64,000 nt of DNA. Source: a virus. Taxonomy: Duplodnaviria; Caudoviricetes. Position 1 is the first letter of the stretch, and each line of letters starts with the position of its first letter. Both the position numbers and the translations under genes were made by a program. This document shows, in pieces, positions 27,698-36,971 of this stretch. The notes under the pieces are model-generated. The model was not told the origin of the DNA and ran no database searches. It was given only the letters and a program-made list of their open reading frames with translations. The stretch lies in the IMG/VR virus record IMGVR_UViG_3300009678_000002, positions 27,406 through 91,405 of that record; one strand, written 5' to 3'.

Positions 27698-28549
27698 GCG
27701 AATCTATTCGGCATCGAGATCGAGACGGTCGGCATCGACCGCGACGCAATCGCGCGGGCCATCCAGACCGTCGTAGGCGGGACGCTCGATGCGTACGCCC
27801 CCACGGTGCGCATGGCAGACGGGCGCGAATGGAAGGTGGTCAGCGATGGCTCGCTGGGCTACGGGCCGCATGGCGAGATCGTCTCCCCCAAGCTGCGCTA
27901 CGACGAGCTCGACACGCTGCAGAGCATCGTTCGCGCGGTGCGGCGCGCGGGAGCGCGGGTCGACGATAAATGCGGGATCCATGTCCACGTCGATGGCTCG
28001 CGCTTCGATGTCCGCGGGCTGCTCAACCTCGTAAACATCGTCCACAAGAACGAGCGGCTCATCGAGCGCGCGCTCGGGGTCGCGCCGGATCGGCTGGCGC
28101 GATACACGCGCGCGCTGCGCGCCGAGTTCATCACGCGGCTTGAGCAGCGCCGCCCGCGCACGATGTCGGAGTTCCAGCAGGCTTGGTATGGCAACGCGGG
28201 CGCGCCGAGCCGCTACGACCACACGCGCTACCACGGGCTCAACCTCAACTCATTCTTCTTTCGCGGCACGGTCGAGTTCCGCTACTTCAACGGCTCGCTG
28301 CACGCGGGCGAGATCAAGACCTACGTACAATTCTGCCTCGCGCTGGTGCATCGCGCGCAGACCACGAAGGCCGCGAGCAAGGCTCGCCGCGTAACCCAGA
28401 ACGACAAATGGGCGGTCCGGGTCTGGCTGCTCAAGCTCGGGATGATCGGCGACGAGTTCAAGACCGCGCGCTTCCACATGATGAAGCGCCTCGATGGCGA
28501 CAGCCGCTACGCTGCCGCGCAGACCGCGAGCGATGCGGTGGCGTCATGA
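27683..28549 (+). CDS. Putative amidoligase (Amidoligase_2 / COOH-NH2 ligase type 2)
   Basis: FGIEIET, WKVVSDGSL, EIVSPKL, CGIHVHV, RYHGLN, TVEFRYFNGSL. Confidence 0.92.
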   Translation: MDTTQANLFGIEIETVGIDRDAIARAIQTVVGGTLDAYAPTVRMADGREWKVVSDGSLGYGPHGEIVSPKLRYDELDTLQSIVRAVRRAGARVDDKCGIHVHVDGSRFDVRGLLNLVNIVHKNERLIERALGVAPDRLARYTRALRAEFITRLEQRRPRTMSEFQQAWYGNAGAPSRYDHTRYHGLNLNSFFFRGTVEFRYFNGSLHAGEIKTYVQFCLALVHRAQTTKAASKARRVTQNDKWAVRVWLLKLGMIGDEFKTARFHMMKRLDGDSRYAAAQTASDAVAS

Positions 28550-28752
28550 GACGCCTCGAAGAACAAACCACGTACGACGGCTGGCTGCGCGATGAATGGC
28601 AGCCCGCAATGGGAGAGCACCCGCGGACCGCTGGCATGCGCGACGAGGACGTCACGCGGTACGTGCGCGAGTGGAACAAGAAGGCGAAGGCCGAGGGCTG
28701 CAACACGCGCCTGCGCAGCGTCGAGGTCGACGAGTACGGAGACGAGTCATGA
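28546..28752 (+). CDS. Small hypothetical protein
   Basis: ATGA-coupled on both sides; 68 aa. Confidence 0.65.
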   Translation: MRRLEEQTTYDGWLRDEWQPAMGEHPRTAGMRDEDVTRYVREWNKKAKAEGCNTRLRSVEVDEYGDES

Positions 28753-29195
28753 CCCCGCTTCTCTATTTTGCCTACGGATCGAACCTCGACGAGGCCCAGA
28801 TGCGCGCGCGCTGCCCGAGCGCGCGGCTCATCGGGGTCGCCGAGCTCGCCAACCACGCGCTCTGCTTCGCGGGCTTCAGCCCAGCATGGGGCGGCGCGGT
28901 CGCGTCGATCACGCATCGACCGGGGTTCTACACGCCGGGGGTTCTCTATTCGATGAGCGCCGCCGACATGCGCAAGCTCGACGCCTTCGAAGGTCATCCG
29001 TTCGTCTACGAGCGTACGCGCAAGCGCATCACGGTCGCGAGCGGGCGCCACGTCTACGCGTTCACGTACGTGCATCGCGGCGGACGGTTCAGCATCGGGC
29101 CCGGCCCGAAGTATCTCCGCGTGATCGAGCGCGCCTACAAGCGCCACGGGTTCGCCAAGCAGCCGCTGACCATCGCGGCCTGGGGGCTGACATGA
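28749..29195 (+). CDS. Gamma-glutamylcyclotransferase (AIG2-like), copy A
   Basis: YFAYGSNL...MRARCP, LDAFEGHPFVYER. Confidence 0.9.
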   Translation: MTPLLYFAYGSNLDEAQMRARCPSARLIGVAELANHALCFAGFSPAWGGAVASITHRPGFYTPGVLYSMSAADMRKLDAFEGHPFVYERTRKRITVASGRHVYAFTYVHRGGRFSIGPGPKYLRVIERAYKRHGFAKQPLTIAAWGLT

Positions 29196-29584
29196 GAGAG
29201 GGAATCACACGCGTATTCGTCTACGGCTCGCTGCTGCGGGGCATGGGAAACCACGGCTTCCTCGAGCGCTCGCGGTTCGTTCGCAGCGCGCGCACCGCGC
29301 TCGGCTACCGCATGTATTCGCTCGGCGCGTTCCCCGGCGTCGCTCGGGACGTCGGCGGCCAGGTGCTCGGCGAGGTGTTCGACGTCGACGGCGCTACGCT
29401 CGCGCGGCTCGACCGGCTCGAGGGGCATCCTCACTTCTACATGCGCTCGGTGATCGCGCTGGAGGATGGCGAGCGCGTCGAGACCTACTTGATCCCGCTC
29501 GAGACCGTTGCGCCGCATCGCGCGGTCGTGGCTACAGGTGACTGGCGCGCGCACTGCGCGACCTTGGAGGAGGACCGAACATGA
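29192..29584 (+). CDS. Gamma-glutamylamine cyclotransferase (GGACT-like), copy B
   Basis: VFVYGSLLRG..NH, GEVFDV, LDRLEGHPHFY. Confidence 0.9.
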   Translation: MREGITRVFVYGSLLRGMGNHGFLERSRFVRSARTALGYRMYSLGAFPGVARDVGGQVLGEVFDVDGATLARLDRLEGHPHFYMRSVIALEDGERVETYLIPLETVAPHRAVVATGDWRAHCATLEEDRT

Positions 29585-29829
29585 ACATCACACTCAAAGA
29601 CGGGCGCACGCTGATCGGCACGCCGCTTCAAATCGTGAAGCAGATGCGGTCGCTGGCGTTCACCGACCCCGAGCAGACGCTTGGGCAGTACATCGACTGG
29701 GTCGCGGAGAACGCGCTGCGGTTCGACGACATCGCGCTCAACGTGACCGGCGAGACCGACGAGCAGCGCGCGGACTCGCTCGTGCAAGAGATGCTGCGCG
29801 CGGGTCTCGCGCGGAGCACCGCGAAGTGA
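29581..29829 (+). CDS. Small hypothetical protein
   Basis: 82 aa, GGAGG RBS, ATGA-coupled. Confidence 0.7.
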   Translation: MNITLKDGRTLIGTPLQIVKQMRSLAFTDPEQTLGQYIDWVAENALRFDDIALNVTGETDEQRADSLVQEMLRAGLARSTAK

Positions 29830-30089
29830 AAGCGCCCTACCCGACGACGCAGGCGCTCGCCGCGACCATTCGCGCCGATGACGACCGCGCCATTCGCTAC
29901 GTGATCGCGACGCTGCGTCGATGCGATGGCAACGTCAGCGCGACCGCGACTGCGCTCGGATGCAGCGTGCGCGTGCTCTACAACTGGCGAGACGCGAACA
30001 AGCGGCTCGCTGCTGCGTTCGAGAAGCATGCGCTGGGGCGCGAAGGCGCTGGGCCGAACGCGACCCGCGCGCGCATGCGGGACGCCTAG
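29826..30089 (+). CDS. Fis-type HTH DNA-binding protein
   Basis: TLRRCDGNVSATATALGCSVRVLYNW; GTGA-coupled start. Confidence 0.8.
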   Translation: MKAPYPTTQALAATIRADDDRAIRYVIATLRRCDGNVSATATALGCSVRVLYNWRDANKRLAAAFEKHALGREGAGPNATRARMRDA

Positions 30090-30167
30090 CCGCCCCCCCC
30101 AGAACCCGCCCGAAACCGCCCCAGAAACCCACAAGAGAACGCGCGTTTACGCGATAGTTGCGAAGGG

Positions 30168-30221
30168 CGCTTGTAACGGTCTGCGCCCGCGTGCACACTG
30201 TTCGACATGGAAACAACGCAA
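30168..30221 (+). promoter_or_regulatory. Promoter/start cassette, copy 2 (leaderless)
   Basis: TTGTAA-N17-CACACT-N7-ATG; near copy of 27644-27697. Confidence 0.7.
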
Positions 30222-30380
30222 ATGCGATTCGCGGTGCCCAGCGAAGCCCATGCATGGCTGCGCGCCAACGGATTCACGCTCAACTGGGCGATCGGACGCT
30301 GGTACGACGCCGCCGACCGCGCGATGGAAGTTCAGCGCTGGGCGCTCGGCTCGTATCGGATCGTCGAGGTCAAGTCATGA
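30207..30380 (+). CDS. 57-aa microprotein (METTQMRF...), not in the ORF track
   Basis: Read by hand; starts at the cassette ATG and is ATGA-coupled to the next ORF. Confidence 0.65.
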   Translation: METTQMRFAVPSEAHAWLRANGFTLNWAIGRWYDAADRAMEVQRWALGSYRIVEVKS

Positions 30381-30541
30381 AGCGCTTCATCGCATTGAGC
30401 ATTCCCGGGCGGGGCGACGAGCCGGCTGCATGGTTCGTATTCGACCGCGAGACCCACCGCAGCGTTCGCCGCGTCAGTGGCGGATGGACCGATGCGCGCG
30501 ATGCAGCGCGCGCAGCTAACCGCGCATGGAGGAAGTCATGA
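30377..30541 (+). CDS. Microprotein (MKRFIALS...)
   Basis: ATGA coupling at both ends. Confidence 0.6.
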   Translation: MKRFIALSIPGRGDEPAAWFVFDRETHRSVRRVSGGWTDARDAARAANRAWRKS

Positions 30542-30786
30542 AGCTTCGAATCGGCAGGCGGCTCAACGTCGTAGTTGCATCGCTCAGCGAAGCGAGCGTC
30601 ATCTATCAGCGCGAGCGCGACGCATCGGGCGAGGGATGCAGCACCTTCCCGCGCGGTCGGGTCGGCAAGCACACGATCAGCTACAACGGTCGGGTCTGGC
30701 TGGGAGACGTAGTCGTCGAAGAGGCAGCGCGCTACGAGCGCGCGCGACCGAGCTGGATGGACATCGACCTCGCGGGGAAGCCATGA
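30538..30786 (+). CDS. Small hypothetical protein (ISYNGRVW motif)
   Basis: ATGA coupling at both ends. Confidence 0.65.
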   Translation: MKLRIGRRLNVVVASLSEASVIYQRERDASGEGCSTFPRGRVGKHTISYNGRVWLGDVVVEEAARYERARPSWMDIDLAGKP

Positions 30787-30959
30787 AGCGCAGCGGCTTC
30801 GCATGCATGGAGTGCGGCTATCGGTTCCGCACGATCGCGGCAGCAGAGCGCGCTGCATTCGGCGAGTGCGGCTGCCCCAAGTGCGGCGGCTCGGACATCG
30901 ACATCGCGACGGAGCCCCGCACGGAGGCAGCAGCGCCGAGCACGGAGGCGAAGCCATGA
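30783..30959 (+). CDS. Zinc-ribbon microprotein
   Basis: CMECGYRF...CPKCGGSDI. Confidence 0.7.
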   Translation: MKRSGFACMECGYRFRTIAAAERAAFGECGCPKCGGSDIDIATEPRTEAAAPSTEAKP

Positions 30960-31150
30960 ACAGCGTAGCGATAGCCACCGAGATGCGCACCGCGCTGATT
31001 GGCATCGGGTGCTTGTGCACCCATGTCGAGACGAGCTGGCGAGACGGCTCGTCGAAGTTCCTCGTGTGCAACGGACCGGGGAAGCTTCGCCACATGCACT
31101 CGCGAACGATCGCTGCGGACGGGACCATGACCGTCACTAGGCTGGTATGA
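30956..31150 (+). CDS. Microprotein (MNSVAIAT...)
   Basis: GGAGG RBS and ATGA coupling. Confidence 0.55.
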   Translation: MNSVAIATEMRTALIGIGCLCTHVETSWRDGSSKFLVCNGPGKLRHMHSRTIAADGTMTVTRLV

Positions 31151-31386
31151 ACATCGACGACACGGTCAGCATCGATCACCCGACCCGCGATGGCGGGCGC
31201 TCGATCAGCGTCGGGCGCGTCACATGGATCGAGGACTTCGGCGAGTACATGTACTTCGGCTACGTCTGCTCGCTCGATGCGGTGCGCGCGGGATCAGAGC
31301 GCTGGGGCGCGGCGCGCGTCTACAAGAACGAAGCCACTGCGCCCAAATACGCCGCGCGCGTGACGACGATTCAGACAGCGCGCTGA
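31147..31386 (+). CDS. Small hypothetical protein
   Basis: ATGA-coupled; converges on the MTase stop. Confidence 0.55.
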   Translation: MNIDDTVSIDHPTRDGGRSISVGRVTWIEDFGEYMYFGYVCSLDAVRAGSERWGAARVYKNEATAPKYAARVTTIQTAR

Positions 31387-32699
31387 GCCTTGCCGCCGCT
31401 GAGATTCTGCCAGCGCTCGATGATGACGTCGCAGAACTTCGGCGCGAGCTCAATGCCGCATGCTGCGCGACCGACCTGCTCGGCGGCGATGAACGCGGTG
31501 CCCGAGCCGGCGTAGAGGTCAGCGACCGTGTCGTCGGCGTCGGAGTGGTTCAGGTACGCGTTCGCGTAGAGCTCGACGGGCTTCATGGTCGGGTGCTCGA
31601 CGCTGGCGCGCGGCTTGTCGACATCCCAGACGCTGGTGCGATGCGTGCCGAGCATCGGGCGCTTGTGGCGCTTGCCCCATGTCAGGATGATCGGCTCGTG
31701 CTGGTAGTCGTAGTCGAGCCGGCCCATCGAGAACGTTGGCTGGTTCTTTTTCCAGATGAGCACGTGGCGCGCGGGGAAGCCTGCCTCGAGCATCATGGCC
31801 AGCATGGTCGCGAACAGCTCTGAGCCCTGCGGCGAGCACACGAGCAGCGCGCAGTCGTCGCTCATGACGATCGCGCGCATGTTCACGAACGCTGGGAGCA
31901 GGCGCTCCTTCAGGTCATCGGGCGCGGCGTCGTCGTCCTCGATGTCGCTGAGGTTGCGTCCGCCGCGCTGGATCGAGTTCAGCAGCCTGTTCTTCGCGCC
32001 GATGGACACGCCGTAGGGCGGGTCGGTGAACACGCATGTGGCGCGCGCGTCGGCCATCACGCGCGAGACGCATGCGGGGTCGCGGCTGTCGCCGCAGAGC
32101 AGTCGATGCCGGCCGAGGATCCAGAGCTCGCCAGGCTGCACGATGGGCGTCGCCGGCGGCGCGGGGACTTCGTCCTCGACGACGCGGTTGGCGCGCGCGA
32201 TCGACTGCGTGAGCTTGCGGAGCTCCTTGTCGTTCCAGCCCACCGAGTTGGCTGCTGCGGCGTCGTACCGCTGCAGGATCTCCAGCACCTTGCGCTCGTC
32301 CCACTCGGCGAACTCACCGAGCCTGTTGTCGGCGAGCGCCAGGAGGTGGGCTTCACCTTCGGGCAGGTCGTCGCGCGCTCGCACCGGAGCTTCGCCGCGC
32401 TCGGCGGTCCGCACTGCTTCCGGGTGCCAGGTCGCGCGCTGCTCAGCGGTGGTGTTCGACCAGCGCTTGACGAGCTCGAGCGCTGCGAGGCGAGCGGTGT
32501 GCCCGATCACGAGCACGCCGCGGCGCGTCACGAGAGGGCGGCCCCAGCCGAAGCGCCGAATGGAGTCGGCGACCGCTTCGACAGGCCTGCCCTCGTTCTT
32601 CCTCGGGTTGTCGACCCAGGGCTTGACGGTCTTGAGCGGCGCCCAGACCGCGGCGGCATCGGGCGTTGGGGGCGCTGACGCGCGCTGTGGCTTGGACAT
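31371..32699 (-). CDS. ParB-like domain fused to N6/N4 DNA methyltransferase
   Basis: NPRKN..SIRRFGW..GHTAR..LADNR; LGRHRLLCGDS; FTDPPYG; HPTMKPVEL; DLYAGSGT. Confidence 0.93.
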   Translation of the reverse strand: MSKPQRASAPPTPDAAAVWAPLKTVKPWVDNPRKNEGRPVEAVADSIRRFGWGRPLVTRRGVLVIGHTARLAALELVKRWSNTTAEQRATWHPEAVRTAERGEAPVRARDDLPEGEAHLLALADNRLGEFAEWDERKVLEILQRYDAAAANSVGWNDKELRKLTQSIARANRVVEDEVPAPPATPIVQPGELWILGRHRLLCGDSRDPACVSRVMADARATCVFTDPPYGVSIGAKNRLLNSIQRGGRNLSDIEDDDAAPDDLKERLLPAFVNMRAIVMSDDCALLVCSPQGSELFATMLAMMLEAGFPARHVLIWKKNQPTFSMGRLDYDYQHEPIILTWGKRHKRPMLGTHRTSVWDVDKPRASVEHPTMKPVELYANAYLNHSDADDTVADLYAGSGTAFIAAEQVGRAACGIELAPKFCDVIIERWQNLSGGKAQRAV

Positions 32700-33044
32700 C
32701 GATCCTCGGGGCGCAGGCGTAGGGAGCACCGCGCGAGGCCGCGGCGGCGGCCGTGCGCTCGTACACGGGGCTTGGATGGGCGAGCACTTGGCCGCCGGCG
32801 CCGCCGACGCCTGAGCCTGGCCAGCGCCATCGCGATGCCCCGCACCTATGAAGCTGCGCGCCGTGGTCACTTGTGGCCGAGCGTGGCCGCGCGTGGTCGA
32901 GCGCACAGTGTCGGCGAGCGGCGGAGATCGAGATCTGATGTCCGCCGGTACCCGGAAACCACTTCGGGAACTGGAGCGGTTCTCGGAGTCCCCGTCCCAT
33001 TCCGGTTTGGGACGATCGGCCCGTTGACAAGAGGCGCGCGCGTT

Positions 33045-33072
33045 TTCCTAACACATGGGTGGCTGTTAGGAA
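33045..33072. promoter_or_regulatory. 9-bp perfect inverted repeat (protein-binding site candidate)
   Basis: TTCCTAACA-N10-TGTTAGGAA, AT-rich in a GC-rich intergenic region. Confidence 0.55.
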
Positions 33073-33266
33073 TTCGGGTGGTCGAGCAGCCATCCATTGC
33101 CGGCGCTGCTACGCTCGGCGGCGTTCCTGGTGCTGGTCAACCGCGGGGTCGCTCTCCGCGTAGGACGCTTTTGGCAACGTGGCGTCCGACCCGCCGGCAA
33201 TGGAACGCCCCGCGCGCGCTGACTCGGTGACGACTGCGAAGGCGCGCGCGGGGACAACGGCCCGCA

Positions 33267-33629
33267 TCACAGCGAGTCGAGCGCGTCGAGGTCCTCCTCG
33301 GGCACAACCAGCAGGATCTGTTCGAGCACGTCCGGGAAGCGGTCTCGCAGGCGTTCACGCGTCGTGAACCACTGACCTTTGGGCGGGTTCATCTGGAAGC
33401 CTGCGCCCGACTTGCGGAGCCACCTGCGCGCGCGGCGCGTAGTCCAGCGGTCGCCTGGGCTCGTGAGCGCGGCGGCGATCATGCGCGCGGGGATGAGCTT
33501 GCGCAGGCGGAGCGCTTCGAGCGCGTCCTCGAGGGACGGCGATGCGTTGGCGGGCGGAGGCGGCTCGCTGTCAATCCTAGGCGGTTCGACCACGGTGCGG
33601 TTAGGCTCCAGTCCGACGGCATCGAACAC
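33267..33629 (-). CDS. Putative winged-HTH DNA-binding protein (start uncertain)
   Basis: LIPARMIAAAL..WTTRRARRWLRKSG...GQWFTTRERLR resembles MerR/Xis-like HTH. Confidence 0.55.
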   Translation of the reverse strand: MFDAVGLEPNRTVVEPPRIDSEPPPPANASPSLEDALEALRLRKLIPARMIAAALTSPGDRWTTRRARRWLRKSGAGFQMNPPKGQWFTTRERLRDRFPDVLEQILLVVPEEDLDALDSL

Positions 33630-33681
33630 CGGACCTGGAGCCCTCGGCGCGCGAGCGTCGGGGGCTTTCGCTTTGCTGTAG

Positions 33682-34365
33682 TTAGTCCGCGCGGCCTCCC
33701 AGCACTTTTGGATGGCCGGCGGCCTGCGCCGACCCACCCTCGTACGTGTTATTTCCATGCCGCATTGGCCCAGCGACAACGGCCGCCTGTGCATCACCGG
33801 CAAAGCGCCGGATCCGAAACCGCCACGACTGCTTGGAACCCCCGAACGCCTCAACGAGGTCCAGCAGCGACATGGGCACCCCGAACACCGTGTAACGCCG
33901 CGCGCGCGACTTCCACACGAGAGCCGCCGCGGAAGCGGCTCGATGCGTTGCGCAACGGTGGCAGGAATACTCCTTCACCTTTCTCAAACGCGAGGGCTTG
34001 AACGCGCTGGCGCTGCGCTCCCACTCAAAACCACAAACCAGGCACCGACAGCGCCACCACGCGCCCGTTGCGTCGACGCGTCTTGTTTTTGCGCGCCCTA
34101 TCACCAGCACACTTCCAAACTTTTTACCCTCGTAGTTTTTCGCCTGTCGCTCTCCGCGGTTTCTACAGGCGGCGGAGACGATGTCGCCGGTGCACGCTCT
34201 GCACGCAACGGTGTGGTGACGCAGCGCCTTTGTCGTCACTATCCGCGTGCGCCGGCATCTACAGCGGCACAACCAAAGGGCTGCGCCACGCGCGTCGCTG
34301 CCCTCTCGCCTGATCACGGTCAGGCGTCCGAACGTTTCGCCAATGAGCGTCGGGCCGTTACGCAC
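33682..34365 (-). CDS. Zn-ribbon repeat protein of homing-endonuclease type, no visible nuclease core
   Basis: Two GxxFGxxxV...WxCRC...CxxC repeats and a C-terminal HTH-like segment; lower GC. Confidence 0.65.
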   Translation of the reverse strand: MRNGPTLIGETFGRLTVIRREGSDARGAALWLCRCRCRRTRIVTTKALRHHTVACRACTGDIVSAACRNRGERQAKNYEGKKFGSVLVIGRAKTRRVDATGAWWRCRCLVCGFEWERSASAFKPSRLRKVKEYSCHRCATHRAASAAALVWKSRARRYTVFGVPMSLLDLVEAFGGSKQSWRFRIRRFAGDAQAAVVAGPMRHGNNTYEGGSAQAAGHPKVLGGRAD

Positions 34366-35725
34366 TGTGACCCGGGATCTGCGCTGCCACCGCAGCACGA
34401 AGCCATGCGTCGCCGAGATGTCGTCGCTTAGCGAACGCACTAATCCTGGCCAAGCGCAGCGCACCGTGTACGCGCTCCAGCTTCGCCTCGGCCTCCTCCG
34501 GCGTCTCCACCCTCGGGAACTCGTGCCCGCACTCCGGACACTCGCGCGCGCTCGCCGGGATCAGCGCCTCGCACTCCGTGCACACCTTCACCGGCGCATT
34601 GCCCTTCATCTTCGGCACGCCGTCCAGCGAGTGCTCACGCTCCATCTGCGGCAGCCCGAAGCGCAGCGCGTTACCCGCGTGGTCGAGCACGATCGGCCGC
34701 TGCCTCTTGTACGGCCGGAGCGTGCGCCCCGCCTGCTGCAAGTACACCGTGAGGCTCTTGGTCGGCCGCGCGAGCACAACGCATTTGACCGCTGGCTGGT
34801 CCCAGCCTTCGCCCAGCACGCCGTAGTTGCAAACGACCTTGGTTGCGCCGCTGTTCAGCCTGCCGAGGATCGCCTTGCGCTCGTTCGGGTGTGTGCTCTC
34901 GTCGATGTGCTCGGCCTTCACCCCGGCAGCATTGAACCGCGCCGCGATCGTCTTGCTGTGCGGGATGCTGCTCGCGAACACGACGGTTGCGCGGTTTCGC
35001 CCGAGCCGCTTCCATTCGGTGATGATGTTGCCGACCAGCCTGCGGTGGTTCATCGCGCGGCCGAGCTCGCCGACGGCGTAGTCGCGACCGACCGTCTTGA
35101 CGCGCCGAACGCGCGCATCCCTGAAGCCGTCGGGCTTGCTGTACACGATTGGCGCGGCGAGGAAGCCTTGCGCGATGAGCTTGGACGCGGACGCAATCAC
35201 GTACAGTTCGTCGAAGCAATCGCGCAGCCCTTTGCCGTCCATGCGGTGCGGCGTAGCGGTCAAGCCGTACACGATCGCGTTCGGGTATTGAGCGAGCAGC
35301 GCCGTGTAGGTCTCCGCTGCGGCATGGTGCGCCTCGTCGACGAACACGACATCTGCGCGGACGAAGTCGCGGCGCGTCACCGTGAGGATGCCCGCGATCT
35401 GGATCGGCGCGTCGGGCCGGATGCGCTCGCGGTGGCCCTTCACCGCGGCGTCTGTCGCCATGAGCACGCCGACGTCTTCGGGTTTCAGCCCGAGCTCGAT
35501 CAGGTGGTCGTAGGTCTGCTCGATGATCGTCTGCGCGTGCGCGAGGAACAGGATTCGGCGCCCCCTGCGCAAGTGCCGGCGAATCACGTCGACCGCGATC
35601 ACGGTCTTGCCGCAGCCGGTGGGTCCGACGAGCAGCAAACGTTGTCCGGGCGCGGCTTGCAGCGAGCGCCGGACGGCTCTGCGTTGATAGCCTCGAGACT
35701 TCACGCGTCCCTCGCTGCGTTCCAC
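34358..35725 (-). CDS. SF2 DEAH helicase (RadD/YejH-like) with C-terminal Zn finger
   Basis: GPTGCGKT, DEAHH, GLTATP, EGWD, QQAGRTLR, CTEC..CPECG. Confidence 0.93.
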   Translation of the reverse strand: MERSEGRVKSRGYQRRAVRRSLQAAPGQRLLLVGPTGCGKTVIAVDVIRRHLRRGRRILFLAHAQTIIEQTYDHLIELGLKPEDVGVLMATDAAVKGHRERIRPDAPIQIAGILTVTRRDFVRADVVFVDEAHHAAAETYTALLAQYPNAIVYGLTATPHRMDGKGLRDCFDELYVIASASKLIAQGFLAAPIVYSKPDGFRDARVRRVKTVGRDYAVGELGRAMNHRRLVGNIITEWKRLGRNRATVVFASSIPHSKTIAARFNAAGVKAEHIDESTHPNERKAILGRLNSGATKVVCNYGVLGEGWDQPAVKCVVLARPTKSLTVYLQQAGRTLRPYKRQRPIVLDHAGNALRFGLPQMEREHSLDGVPKMKGNAPVKVCTECEALIPASARECPECGHEFPRVETPEEAEAKLERVHGALRLARISAFAKRRHLGDAWLRAAVAAQIPGHSA

Positions 35726-36498
35726 AGCAACCCCGCGCCGCGCAGCAGCTCATTGCTCTGCCGGTCGGTGCGGATGAGACCGACGCGCCTGCGCTCGCGG
35801 AGCTCGGCCTTCACGTTCGTGTTCGCGGTGGCGGCCACCTCGTTCTGCATCTGCTCGGTGGTCGTGGCCTCGCTGACGGGCTGGCCTGCCTTGCCGCGGT
35901 CGGCGGCGGCGAGCTCGAGCAGGCGCCTGCCCGCCGGCGTCATGTGGTAGAGCGAGCCGATGCGGCCGACCTTCGCGATTCGCGAATCACGGTGCAGCGA
36001 CCACTGCGCGCCGAGGTCGCCGCAGTAGTTCTCGAGCGTCGTGAACGCCTGCACGGCGGTGAGCACGTGCTTGTCGCGCGAGCCGACGACCTCGAGCTCG
36101 ACGGTCTCTGCGCGCTTGAGCATCTCGTGCAGGCGCGAGCTCGCCTTGTCGTAGCGCTGGATCAGCCACCGCAGCGGCGTGCCTGGGTTAGAGCTGTCGT
36201 GCTCGGCGGTGGGGAACGCGGTGATCTCATCCTCGGGGTAGATGATCTCGCCGTGCTCGACGTGCGGCCACTCGCTCGGCGTGCGCGAGAGCGTCTCGAA
36301 CGAGACGCGGGTCTTGTACTCCCAGAGCAGTTGCCGGCCGACCATGACCTGGTCGCGGAACCACTCGATGGCGCCCGAGCTCGAGAACAGCTCTGCATGC
36401 GTGAGCATGCCGCCCATGGTCGAGCGCTCGAACGCCGCCTGACCGGCGCCGAAGAACCACGTGAGCAGGGTCTGGTCGACTGTCGAGAGCACGTTCAT
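35701..36498 (-). CDS. Hypothetical protein
   Basis: 265 aa, GGAGG RBS, ATGA-coupled. Confidence 0.7.
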   Translation of the reverse strand: MNVLSTVDQTLLTWFFGAGQAAFERSTMGGMLTHAELFSSSGAIEWFRDQVMVGRQLLWEYKTRVSFETLSRTPSEWPHVEHGEIIYPEDEITAFPTAEHDSSNPGTPLRWLIQRYDKASSRLHEMLKRAETVELEVVGSRDKHVLTAVQAFTTLENYCGDLGAQWSLHRDSRIAKVGRIGSLYHMTPAGRRLLELAAADRGKAGQPVSEATTTEQMQNEVAATANTNVKAELRERRRVGLIRTDRQSNELLRGAGLLWNAARDA

Positions 36499-36971
36499 GT
36501 GGCCTCCACGGATACGGGAACGTGAGCGCCGAACATGGCGTGTAGCTTCGCGCCTGCCTGGTCCATGTCAGCGACGCCGAGCACCTGCAGGATCCTGCGA
36601 TCGCGCGCGCGGTGATGCGCCTGGGCGATGGCGCGAACGATGCGCGTGAACTCATCCTCGATCGGGTCGGCGATGCGCACGAGCACCGTGCCGTCGGGGT
36701 TGACCTGCACGACATGGCCGACCACGTCCTCGCTCGGTCGGCAGCCGACTATCGTGCCGTCGTCGTCGCCGTATGCGACGGGGTCGCCGATGAACAGCGC
36801 TCTGTGCTCGCGGCGCAGCTGCGGGACCGGCGCGCCGCGCGGCACTGCCCACCAGCGGCGGACGCGCTCAGGCTCGGCGAGCACGGGTGGCGGTGGCGTC
36901 GGCAGCACGAGCCCTGCCGCGGTCGTGAGCGCGCCGAGGCCGAGCAGCTTCATGAAGTCGCGGCGGTTCAT
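36495..36971 (-). CDS. Tat-signal protein
   Basis: MNRRDFMKLLGLGALTTAAGLVLP. Confidence 0.8.
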   Translation of the reverse strand: MNRRDFMKLLGLGALTTAAGLVLPTPPPPVLAEPERVRRWWAVPRGAPVPQLRREHRALFIGDPVAYGDDDGTIVGCRPSEDVVGHVVQVNPDGTVLVRIADPIEDEFTRIVRAIAQAHHRARDRRILQVLGVADMDQAGAKLHAMFGAHVPVSVEAT

